DNA of 64,000 nucleotides from Eremomyces bilateralis CBS 781.70 (Eukaryota), in the NCBI GenBank assembly GCA_010015585.1, contig ML975154.1, one strand, 5' to 3'. Of the stretch, positions 12,952 to 24,355 are shown one piece after another (positions within the stretch are counted from its first letter, which is position 1; every line of letters begins with the position of its first letter). A model generated the notes under the pieces. The model ran no database searches. It was given only the letters and a program-made list of their open reading frames with translations, and was not told the origin of the DNA. The position numbers and the translations under genes were made by a program.

Positions 12952-15550
12952 ATGGGAAAGAAGAGAAGGCAGAGCGATATCGCGGAACGCCAACCAACGA
13001 TGCCCTCAGTCATACCGGAGGAGGGCATCGATGCCGCACCAGACTCATCATGGATATCACCCGAAGAAGCGGCATGTGTAACTTCACAACCACGCCACCA
13101 AGTCCCGCAAGACTTCCTGTTCGTCGAATCCATGACCACGGAACCGAGTACCGGCACCGGAAACAGCAGTTCCAAGAAGGGCCGCAGGGACATCCGAAGC
13201 TTCGTCATGCAGAAGGCCAGGCGAAACAAGTCTTGGAGTACCAGCAAGAAGATGATCCCTTCGCCAGCCGCTTCTGGGTTGCTGAAATACGGCACGGGGG
13301 AGGAAAGTGTGGCCTCGCTTGGCCAAACGGACGAATTGACATATCCCCGGCCGTTAACCATCCAGCCACTGGCGGACACCTTTGGCTCATTTAGCCCGCC
13401 GAGGATAGGCGACCAGAGCGGCGGTAATGCTGAGCTTGCTGCCCCAGACGAGGCTGCCATGGGATACGACATCGATCTCGGGTGGGGACTTGGTCTGGTG
13501 GGCAGCAGGTCCCCGACTGCTAGGTTGGCGGGATCCCAGGAGCCCGGAAAATCTCTGACCAGGCAAAACAACCAGCTTCAGTGTGAAGAGTGTAAGAACC
13601 AAGCTCCGCAATGGATGGATCTGTACGCAACCTGTCCAAGGTGTGAGAGCTTTGAATCCCGGATTATACATCGTCTTCCTCCTCAGCAGCGATTCATGTT
13701 CACTGCATTTGATCCGTTCAATACGTTGCCAATCCACGTAGACGAGAAGGTGGTGGGGATGATGGAGCACTGTAAGTTAGCATCTCGTACGTCAGCGACC
13801 CCTATCTCGTTGCTCGAGTAGGCGTCAAGCTCGCCGGTCCACTCAACCACCCCATGACAAGAATACCGTTTGCAAACGCAAAACAAGGGGTTAGGAAAAC
13901 AAAACTAACACTGTGTAGTCCTCTATGTTCTCATTCCACAGTCCATTCCATTGGACATTCATCGCAAGTCCGATGTTTTGAAAACCACATGGCTTGCAAT
14001 GGCACTGACGAGCCGAGCATTCTTACATTCCTTGCTCTGCGCCATATCCCTGCATCTCTACCTTGTAGGGTCGACCGACGTCCGATACGTGGATATCGTC
14101 TACCACAAGGGACGGGCCGTCGCAGAAGTGAACGCGAACCTATCCGATCCCGCCGCGGCCATCAGCGACGCGAACATCGGCGCCGTATGGAATCTCCTGT
14201 GCGTGGAAGAAAGCTTCCTGCTGCCGTTGTGGCAGCGGGATTCCGACTTCTTGAATGATCTGCGACAGCACCACCCGGAACCGGACACCGCGGCGTTGGG
14301 AGTGAACACAGGCACGGCTGCATGCGTGGTGGGCAGCAATAACAACAGTCGAATCATCCATCATAATGGCTTGATGCGCATGCTGGAACTCCGGGGCGGG
14401 ATCACTGGGTTGCAAACCAATCGCTGTCTCCAAGCGTTCATATTCTGGTTAGTATATGTCACCTGCCATTCCATGTGCCCGCGACGACTCGAAGCAAAAA
14501 AATCTTTACGGCTTTCCAATTGCCAATTGATTGGGTTTTATTCGTCGTGTCGATGAAGTATGCATACAAATCGGATTGCTTTTGGCAAAACAGAATGCAC
14601 GGGCTGCTTACACATCTTGACTGATGCAGTTGGCGTTCAATTGGCACCAAACCACCACACCAGATCAGCGAATACTTACTTCGCGATATATTTATAGGCA
14701 TGCTATGACCAACGCCATCGCGTCATTCCACCTCCCACCGCTGTATCCGATCTTGCTATTCGAGCAGCCGACACCGGCCCTGGTCTCACGATACCAGAGG
14801 TACGATCACGACCACGGCCTCGACCATGTCCTTTCGGTCCTTCGATCTAGCCCATGGAACGGTCTCCCCAAAGAACTCGTCCGGATTACACGGAGCCTCT
14901 ACTTCCTCACCATCGACCTCAACGACTGGTTTTCTTCCCATTCCCCTTTCTCGAACATTCTGGACCCGTTGGACCTGCAAACGCGAGCCGTCCATATTGA
15001 GTCATGCCTCCTCCAGCTCCTTGATACTTCCTCCCTCGGGCCACCATCAGCTGGAACCCCTTCCGACCCCGACACAGCTTCTACTTCGATCGGTCTGCTT
15101 CACGATGCCTATGCCATCGCACTTCTCATCTTCACCGTCTGGGTCTCCGAGAACTTATCCAACCAACCTAACAATGTCCTCCAATTCACTGCCATCCCAC
15201 GCCTTCAGCGAGAATTGGTTCTGTCGTCCTCCACCGCTTCTCAGCAGCAAAACGCTCCATTTTGGCCGCCACCGTCGCAGTCAACACAGGAGCGGATCAG
15301 TGAATCTCAAGGGCCACAGCTCAACGCGAGCTCCGGCGACGTACGGCTCTGGATTCTGCTAATCGGAGCGATCTGCTCGTCGAGGTCTTCGGAAGGTACT
15401 TGGTTTCGGAGCGAACTCCAGCACGGATGCCACGATGCAGGGTTGTACGACGTCGAGGAGCTGCTGAGTCGATGTCGACGGTTTTTGTGGGTCGAGTTCA
15501 AGTTGACGGCGGCCGCGCGGGGGATTTGGCGGTGGATAGTCAATGATTAG
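12952..15550 (+). CDS. Fungal-specific transcription-factor-domain protein (Fungal_trans_2/DUF3468-like, no Zn2Cys6); exons 12952-13771, 13919-14447, 14698-15550
   Basis: Family-typical blocks FLFV..RRDIRSFVMQKARR, FDPFNTLP, AFLHSLLCAISLHL..HKGRAVAEVNANL..ISDANIGAV, HHNGLMRMLELRGGI and RLWILLIGAI..WF..FLW. Two GT-AG introns join three ORFs in frame. Confidence 0.8.
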
Positions 15551-15684
15551 GAGGGCTAACTTCATGTTCGTAGCGATTGATAACGGGAGTTCAGGGGAGG
15601 AATGGATGTTGGGAATTGACTACGACAAAGACCCCTGATTCAGGACAACCCTCCTTCTGGACACCTAGCAATGTAAATCTACTA

Positions 15685-16071
15685 ACGTATTCCACAAGCG
15701 AGCGGCGCACCCCCTTTTACTAACAAATTCGGTTTCAATATCTCAACAACCACTGAATAAAATAACCTGAAAACTTGGAATTATGCTTTCCTAGTCATTC
15801 CTAGCTTCATATTAAAATATCAGAGCACTAGCTTGTATAGATATCGAGATACCTACTTCTTGACAAGATTTATGGGCCAAACCTCTATATCTTTATAAAT
15901 GTTCGTGCCAGAGCTCTGAAAATTCAATAGTAAGCTAGGAATGACTAGAAAAGTATGATTCCAAGTTTTCAGGTTATATTATTCAGTGGTTGTTGAGATA
16001 TTGAAACCGAATTTGTTAGTAAAAGGGGGTGCGCCGCTCGCTTGTATGCGCCGCTCGCTTGTGGAATACGT
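15685..16071. mobile_element. 387 bp MITE of the pogo/Fot1 (Tc1-mariner) type with long TIRs and TA target duplication
   Basis: TA|ACGTATTCCACAAGCGAGCGGCGCA... at the left and ...TGCGCCGCTCGCTTGTGGAATACGT|TA at the right. The arms are near-complementary for about 140 bp. ACGT termini with TA flanks are typical of Fot1/pogo elements. Confidence 0.9.
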
Positions 16072-16209
16072 TAGCATATCGCTCGTACATTAGTTATGCA
16101 CTATAGATCAACCACAATCGATTATATATAGTTATTGTTGAAACTGTGAACAAATCGACTCAAATTCGGTCTGCTGGAGTTCTCGAGATGTCTCCTCTAC
16201 ATCGTAAAT

Positions 16210-16530
16210 GACTTTTTGTGCAGCTTTGCGCTCCGCTTCTTTAGCAGCCTCCTGAGCGGCAACGATTTGATCTACCGTCGCGAATCCTTCATTAGGATCT
16301 GGGACGACTCTTTTCGTTTCCTAGCACTTCCGCCTACATCTTCCAACGTCTTTTCAAGCCTGGAAACTTGCGCTTTTAGCGTGGCGATCTCAGCATTCTT
16401 CTCTGAAAGCGACTTCACAATCCTCCCCTGGAACACCCAGAAATCTCGCGCATTCAGCCCATCGTATTGCAACGAATACGCGTCTTTCGGCCCTTTTGGT
16501 GTATTAAATGTATAAAGAGTGGGTTCAGGG
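16210..16530 (-). mobile_element. Remnant of a pogo/Fot1 transposase C-terminus (frameshifted)
   Basis: ..FNTPK..KSLSEKNAEIATLKAQVSRLEKTLE..ARKR, then after a frameshift RVVPDPNEGFATVDQIVAAQEAAKEAERK. This resembles the KRKRVxxDPNxxFAxIEQI coiled tail of fungal Fot1-like transposases. Confidence 0.65.
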
Positions 16531-16647
16531 GGCACATGACATTGCACAATAGTATGATTGACGTTTAATTGTTGGCTATTTAATACTTTGTCGAGATTCA
16601 GGAGTAAAATGCTAGTTCAGCGAAATCCGGAGCGGATATTGTGGCTA

Positions 16648-18452
16648 TTAATAATAAGAATCAATTTAACGTACTATCTAGATCCCTTTCGGGTCTATGA
16701 GCACGGTATTCTATCTGGTCTGCCGCGGGCAAAAGCTTCCCCGTAGCCCTGAGGCTGCGGGTATGTAAAATCCCGGCTCCTCCCTTTAGTAGACATCATC
16801 CGGTGCGGGCCTTTTCGGTGTTGTGTCTAATATCCCCTAGCTGGTTCGGGCCGGGGGAACAGAAGTTTGTCATACTTAGTCCGGAGAGTACACATCATGG
16901 GTTCAGGTTTAGACCTGACACGGCGGGGTCGGCCTCGAGTTCGTCTCGGGGGAGCGGAGGCAGCATCCCAGACTTGCGTCAGGGCTCCCTCAATCTGGAC
17001 AGTGACCTTATGGAAGTTCGTCGATGCTGCTCTTTGAGCGGCCCATTCTTTGACGTAGAGTTCGATTGGGGGAACGTCCGCCTCTCTCTCAAGCGCGGCG
17101 ATTAGTGTCCGTTTGTAAGCCCCTAGGATCTTTCGAAGGCACTTGTTCTGTACCTTGGCTAGGTCTTTCATTTTGCCTTTAGAGATTGGCTCCCCTGCTG
17201 GCGGACTCCCCAGATTAGAGCGCCATATGTCATAATGGGCCGTGTAACCGCTGTGTAGAGCAGCCTCGATTTCCGGACGGATGGTCCCCATATCGACGAA
17301 GTTACCCTTGCCAGGGAATCGAAAGCCTTAAGTCCCCTTTGTGTTGCTCGGAGGATGTGGTCCTTCCATGAGAGGGAAGGGTCGAGCCAGACTCCCAGTA
17401 CCCGGAGGGATGTAACCAATTCAGCTTGGTGTCCCTATACCTGGATCGTAGACCGGAGATCAGCGGAAATATTGCGTTTCTTAGTAAAGTGGATAATCTG
17501 GTACTTATCCGTGGCAAATTTAACCCCGAACCGTGACGCCCATTCTAGGCAGGTATCGTGGGCCGCAGTTAGTCGTTGGCAGTTAGCTACTTCCGTGTCT
17601 CCCCAGGTGACAAGTGTAGTATCATCAACGAACCCGAACCCGAGAACGTTACCCTGAACATCTTTAAATTGTTGCAGTAGGTCAGATATGAATAGGATAA
17701 ATAGCGCGGGTGATAGGGTAGAGCCTTGCGGGATCCCAGTCTCCGTGTCGAACCAGCGGCTCTTAAAGTCCGAGAAGAGGATCCTTGTTCGCCGTCCGGT
17801 TAAGAAAGATGCAATCATCTGGATAATCCATTCGGGGTATCCCATCCGACGAAGGACCCAGAGCAGCCGGGGGTGAGAGACGTTATCAAAAGCTCCAGGA
17901 AGATCAAGCCCAAGTACAGATACTACAGACTTCTTTGCGTGCCACGCCGTCTGTATCGTCCCGGTAAGGAGTTCTAGGGCGGAGAGAGTAGATCTCTCCT
18001 TCCGAGCTCCCATTTGGTTCCAGGGAATCAGGTCTCGTGTTTCCGCTTCGGTGATCAGTCGATCTGCGAGAATTTTCTCAATTAGCTTTGCAACCGTGTT
18101 TTCAAGAGCAATAGGGCGGTAGCTGCTTGGAAGAGAGTAGTCCTTTTTCTTGTCCTTCCTTAGTACCACCGTGGTAGATTCCTTTAGAACTGCTGGCAGC
18201 TCCCCGTTTCGGAAGAGCGCGGTGACCGTCCGGGCAAGGTCTACGGCTAGGATATCAGAGGGGGCATGCAGTACCTCGTTCGGGATCATATCAGGCCCGG
18301 GGGCCTTCTGGTTCGGTAGCCGGCGGATAATCCGGGTGATCTCATCTGGGGTGACCTCTTGCCCGATATCGAATCGTGGAAACTGTTCGTTGGTTATGTC
18401 TTGGAGGTCAGCGGCACCGCTCCGTGGGAAGAACTTTGTGACTGCACCGTAA
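16648..18452 (-). mobile_element. 5'-truncated, degenerate Tad1-like non-LTR retrotransposon (reverse transcriptase to 3' end)
   Basis: KAPGPD, SYRPIALENTVAKLIEK, LDLPGAFDNVSH, GIPQGSTLSPALF, FVDD, LRVLGVWLDPSLSWKDH and KILGAYKRT..PPIEL motifs, broken by stops and frameshifts. The 3' end carries an AT-rich TTCTTATTATTA tail shared with the copy at 48.5 kb. Confidence 0.95.
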
Positions 18453-20059
18453 ATTATTCACTTCTCGATGTACTTGCCGCTAAGAACAATTTCAAATACA
18501 ATGCTCAACCACGACGGGAGATCATTCTTGCTGTCTCTTCAGATTTGACCGACTAACTACTAGTACCGTAGACCGAACGCCTGAAACCCCCACACCAGTT
18601 GCCGTTGTAGCCATGGAAGACTGACTAGAGTCAAGTGTGGCCTCGGTTACGCTCGAGACCTCGACCCAAAGTACATCGCTTATAGCTCTCTTAATGGAAG
18701 ACGTCGAAACTGAGTGGGAGACGATTGCGACCGGTGAGGCTAGTCTGGTGGGACTCTGGGGTAGCTAGGCGATCCACATGCATTTCCCCAAGGTGAGGAT
18801 CGGAAGTGGAGTGGAAGATGAACGATCATCAATGTAGCGCATACTACGGGATTGTACAGTATAAGGGGAAAATATATCAACATGAGAAGCCGAAGCGGAT
18901 GGAGCGACTTCATGATGCTCCGTCTCAACGGTCGACTTGAGTTTGAGGGACATCCGCCTCGACAATGATACAGAATTCCAGCCAGGTTTCCCGTTTCCTG
19001 CATGATGTCATGACTCGTGTTGCTGCTATACAGAAGCCACCATGACTCATGTATCAAAGTTGGAGGCTGGAGGGTAGTCGCTGAATCAAAAGCACGCCTG
19101 ACGCCTGGTGTCATGGAATAATCTAAATATAAATTATATAATAGGTGTGTCTTCAGATAGGAGGATACAATCCATTTTTGTTGGACGGTCTTTGGTCCAC
19201 ACGACACGACTTAGCTTTCGTTTAGCCGCCGTTCCGTGCGGGAAAGGAGGATCCCTTAGAAGGGAAACAACGCTTCAACAACTACTTGAAAAGAGAACGT
19301 GTAATTAGGAGTAATGTGAGGAAGTAGTAGGGTCCAAGGGCGTTTGTACGGAGCCATGCTCGAGATGGAACATGTATTATAGAGCGGTAGAGGAGAACAG
19401 TTCCACCACCACAGATCGAAGGAACCATGGACGATCACAACCGTGCAGCATAGGGGCAGTGGACCACGACCAGCAGGATGGTTAGGTGTCTACACGAACC
19501 TCCTCCCTAGACCCCCGGCCTCTTAACTCGGCTCCCAACCGTCCTTCCACAACTCACACACATCCTATCACCACATCACCAAGCACACAAACCAGTAAGC
19601 AAACCGATTATGAAATTCCTACCGGAACCCGGACACAGAGAAAAAAACTACCATACATTCATCACGCGCCCATCCCACGATTGGCGCGTTAAAGAGCGTG
19701 AATATCAAGTTCGTGAAAATCCCCGGGCTCGTCCATCGGTGCCGGTGAGGCGGCGTATGATGGGACCGGGGATGATGCGAGGACGGGAAGAGAAGGAAGG
19801 AAAGGGAGGAGAGGGGGAGGAAAAAGGAAAGGAAAGAAAAGAAAAGCCGTGAGGTTCATCCATCTGTCTGTCTGTCCGTCTGTCCATGGGCTCGTCATCT
19901 GAGCTCCATCTCTCCCCCCGTACTCGCAATCTGCTCTTCCCGTCCATTCTCCTGAGAAAACGAACCATACCCAGTCAATTTCATCCGAATAAAAATATCA
20001 CGAAATCCATGCACCACTTCCATATCCCACTACCGCATCAACACGTCATGCCGCCATCT

Positions 20060-23000
20060 CTACACCTCCTCATCACTCGCATCTAGAATCTCATACTCCT
20101 CATCCGTCAAGAACCCCGACCCCTCACTCTCCGCCCCCACATCCACTAACTCCATCGTCAAGCTCTCCGCATCGTCGAAGAACTCCTCCTCATCCTCCAC
20201 GCGCGCCGCCATCGGGTTCGCCGTGGTTGCCGATCCAGCCTCGGTTGTGGGCGCACCCGCTTGAGTCGCAGAGCTGCTCGCCTCGTCATCCAGAGCTAGC
20301 TCCAGGGGATCGCGGATCGCCGCATCGTGGCTGGTCGACGCGCTGGCAGACTCGTGCATGCTAGTGCTCGGGCTGCCGTCCTCCTGCAGCACGGGGAAAA
20401 TCATCGCCTCCTTCGCCTTGCCCTTGCCCTTATCTGCATGCGGCGGCGCCTCCTCCAGAGCGGGAATCTCTCCCGGGAGGGCGAAGCCCGACTGTGGGAG
20501 CTGACGTCGACCCTCTCGCGTCGTCAAGAGGTCTGCCTCCGTCGGCCTGCGCAGGGTGGCGGACGGCGACTTGGGTGCCCACGACGGAAGGGGCTCGTTG
20601 ACGTCCTCGATGTGCTTAGCTTCGTGGACCATGGGGGGCGGGGGCGGGTGGATCATCTTCCCGATGTAGCGCTCTGAGATGGATTCATGCTTATTGAACA
20701 TGAAAGGGTGTGAGCGGTGGTTGCGGGGCGAGGAGGCACCGGCGGTGGCTTGGGGTGCGGGAGGGACGCCGTGGGGGAAAGAGCGGGCGAGGTAGGGCAT
20801 CTGAGGAGGAGGCGCGGGGGTTGCAGCGCTGGGTGGGGAAGGACGGTAGGACTGCATAACGTCTTGGATAATGCGCTCCTCAAGCTTGCGTGCTTCTTCA
20901 TCCAAGCGTGCGTCTTTAGCCTTGCGTGCTTCTTCCGCTTTGACTGCCATTTCCGACTTGCGATCCTCGGCATCCTGTCGAGCCTCTTTCGCCTTCTGCG
21001 CCTCTTGCTCCATGCGGGCCATATGCAGACGACGCTTATTCTGCTGGTCCAGCAACATCAACTGCATATTGTAGTCGTGAAGGGCATCCTGGGATGTGGT
21101 CGAGCCAAATTTCGGGGGAGGCTGTGGTGCCGACGGCTCGGTCGCCGGTTTCATGAGATCTTTCTTTTGCTGAAGCACCCGGTTGGCCTGCTCTTGCTGC
21201 TCCTTCAGCGAGGTGAGGCGTGACTGGTAGTCGTCGATCATGCCGGGGGTGTGTTGAGAACCCATCCGCGACACCAGGTGCTGTTGACGCATGGCGTGAG
21301 CACGCTGTTGCAGGCGCAGCTGCTCACGGTGGCGGTCGCTCGGGAACGGCGGAGGCGGGGGGTTGGTGCTGGGTCCGGGAACGAACGACGCAGGCATGTA
21401 TGGGATGGTGGGATATACGTTGGCCATGGTGTTGTGTGGAATCTTCGGCGCCGGAGGAGGAGGGGGTGGTGCTTGTCCATGGACCTCGGGGACGTATCGG
21501 TACGGGTTCGGGACGCCGTCGAGGCGGAGCGGCATGGAAGCGCGCTTGTTCAGATGCGGGGTGGTGCCCAAAAAGTCCGTCATACATTTCTGCTCTGGGG
21601 TCTCCTCGACGACTTTGATGTGGCACCATAGACGGTGACCGAAAGGTGTGCCGTCAGGGGCCTTGAGACGCCAGTAGGAGATGGCGGTACCGACACGAGC
21701 GGGTGCCTTCATGCAGACGCGGAAGGCGAACTTCTGGCCGACCTCGACGGGAGCATGGACGACGTTGCTTTCAGTGGTCTGCTCGTAGTTTTGGAGAGAA
21801 AGGGTAAGTTCGCTTTCCATGGCGAGCATGTTGTCGCCCCCAACGTATCGGACACGGCATCCAGCGGGCCAGCGGATCGGGCCGGGGTTAAGAATGGTCC
21901 AAACCTGGAGGAATCGTCGGCCAGCCACCATCTTGCTGCCATCGGTGACAAGGTCATGAAGGAAGTGGGCGTTCAGATCACCGTACTGTGTGGCGGTTCC
22001 AACCGAGGCCGGGACGCTGGCCGGAGGTGGGGGAGGCACTGTCTTTTGCTCAGCCTTGTCCTGCTCTTGTGGAGCGGACAGAAGGTCCTGGATCTTGATC
22101 TTCTCATTAATAGGCTCAGTCAGAAGGTCTTTGATCTCGATCTTCTCCTTCGGTGGGGAGCGCGGAGCGGCGGATGCCTCCGTCGGCTTCAGATCAGCGA
22201 TGGTCAGCACCGGGGAAACCTCGCTCTGAACGGACGGCAAAGTGGAGGCGCGAGCTTGGGCATCGCCCATGGTGGTGGACGACCCATCCCGGTTCTCACC
22301 CATGGTAGTCACACTGACGTTGTGGACCGGAGTCTTGAGCATGATCAAAGGATGAGTTCGGTTGTGCTTGTTGCCTGGAGAAGCCTCGCAGTTGGAACAG
22401 AAATCCGTGTCATGGCAAATGGCACACTTGTAGCGAGTTCCGTAGATGTACTGTTGACCAGGCTTGTCGTTGTTGCAGAGTGGTCCATCACAGAAGATGC
22501 CGTAGTGAGATACCGGCATAGTCCGAGGTTCTGGAAGGGGATCGTAGATTGGCACAAATCGGTGGCCGGGATGGATCTCCTTGGCGCTCTTGATGCAGGT
22601 GTCGCAGTAGTCCCAATCCGGGCAATTCAAGCACTTGTGGCGAACGCCATGGATGTACTAGGTCTTTGTCAGCGTTTGGTCCAGACTGGTGTTTCACGGT
22701 CACATACCAGGTCACAGCCATCACAGATGGCGGAGTGGGTGGCATTACGGCACAAGATCTTGTCGGAGATCTGCATGTATGTGTTCGAAGTCGCTCCCTC
22801 GAACGCATGTGCGGGATGATGACCGTGTTTGCCACCTCTCAGGCACTGGAAGCAAAGATCAAAATCATCGCAGGTAGTGCAGTGCACGAAGTTCTCCTCG
22901 GGGAAGACTGCAGGTAGGTTAATGACGCTGCCTGTTCGGTCTAAGAAAGGAAAACTTACTTCGAACGCACGAGTTGCAAGTGCGGGAAGGGTGTTTGACA

Positions 23001-24355
23001 GCGGAGGTCCATTTGATCTCTTCCTGGTAAGATCCAGGCATCCTCTGCAGAGACGCCTTCTCGGCCTTGGGTTGGGTAGCTTCAACCTTCTCAGCCTTGG
23101 GTAGGGCGACTTCAGCCTTCTCCACTTTGACTTCACGAGCTTTCTCGACCTTGACCTCGGTCTTCTCCTGGGACTCCACCTTGATTTCCGGAGCATCGGT
23201 GTCCTTGGACTTGGGTGCAATGCGTTCAGTAGTGCTGCTTAGCACTGCTCCATTCTTGACGACACGCTTGATGAGCCAGTGGCCTTCACCGGGACAATGA
23301 ACGCCGGCATCGACGCAGTGGGCGCAGAGGTCGTAGTCACCCTCGTCGCAGATACTGCAATGGTAATGTTCGCCAGACATGGGCTTATCGCAGCTGTTGC
23401 AATATACGGTCCAGTTGCACGCCAGGGCCCATTTGCATTTCTTCTCAGGCTCCGGAAGGTTTGTGGATTCTAGAACTGGATTAGCTCTTATCATTGGAGT
23501 GTAGACCCGAAGACATACCTTGTTCATCCGAGAACGGATCAGGAGTTGGAGGCTCGGGTTCACCGACCACGTCTTTCACGTTGGTGTTATCCGAGGCCTT
23601 CGAGCTGGCATCAATGCCTTGGAGGACGGACTTGAACTGCTCGATCAAAGTGGTCTCGGATGGGTTCGACATCGGGATCGGATCACCACCTTGGGCGGTG
23701 GAAACAGGAGGCGCCTTGGTTGGGGGACCCGATATGGGATCCGCGAGAGTGGAGCCATTGGCAATCGAGGCCGACGCGGTCGGGTTGTTGGCATTATCTT
23801 CAGGCATGGTTGCACGAAGTCGGAGTTTCAGCTTCGCCTTCGCAGCGCGAAGTAAGGACCTATATGCATGGAGGTTGTTGGGGTCCAGGCGGATGTGAGA
23901 CTGCGAGCTGTCGGAGAAGCGCTCGAAGATGACGTCTGAGTCGGCTGGGATGTTGAGAGCGGCTCGTAGCTAAAAGAAGAATGACCAAGATTAGCAACCG
24001 GTTTGGCTTTGGAATGGAAATCGAAGTGGTGATAAGGGTGAGGTGTTCGTTGGTTGTGGTACAAGTGATACATGAGGGGATTGAGGTGCATCGTATGGGC
24101 AAACGCCCAGCTGTACCCAGCTCCCGCACTCCGTTCACGCATCCATAGCAAGGTGCAGAGGGCGGAGAGTGGGAGCGAGGCTAATGCGGAGAGCTTCATC
24201 TAAGTAAACAGGGGACGTACCTTCGCGGGGAGCCTGTCCGGACCCAGATCGGTGAAGGCGAGCTTCAGTCGAACATGTCGTCCGTGATGGAGGACCTTGA
24301 TGGCGATGAGAGTGCTGGATGAGAAAGGCGCTGGGACGGCCGTGCTGCTCGCCAT
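20060..24355 (-). CDS. nbr1: Nbr1-like selective autophagy receptor (PB1-like N-terminus, four ZZ zinc fingers, FW/Ig-like domain, acidic LIR tail); exons 24355-24221, 23969-23519, 23475-22960, 22907-22708, 22657-20060
   Basis: N-terminal FERFSDS..LLRAAKAKLKLRLRAT. Four ZZ motifs: CNSC..YHCSICDEGDYDLC, CNSC..CTTCDDFDLC, CDGC..HKCLNCPDWDYC and CDGPLC..YKCAICHDTDFC. FW domain QVWTILNPG..WP..YVGGD..SYWRLKAPDGTPFGHRLWC. Ends in FLTDEEYEILDASDEE. Four in-frame GT-AG introns. Confidence 0.92.

Noticed and set aside
18500..19450. Short ORFs beyond the LINE 5' break as LINE ORF1 or endonuclease
   Set aside because: No gag knuckle or AP-endonuclease motifs, and LINE similarity stops near 18452.
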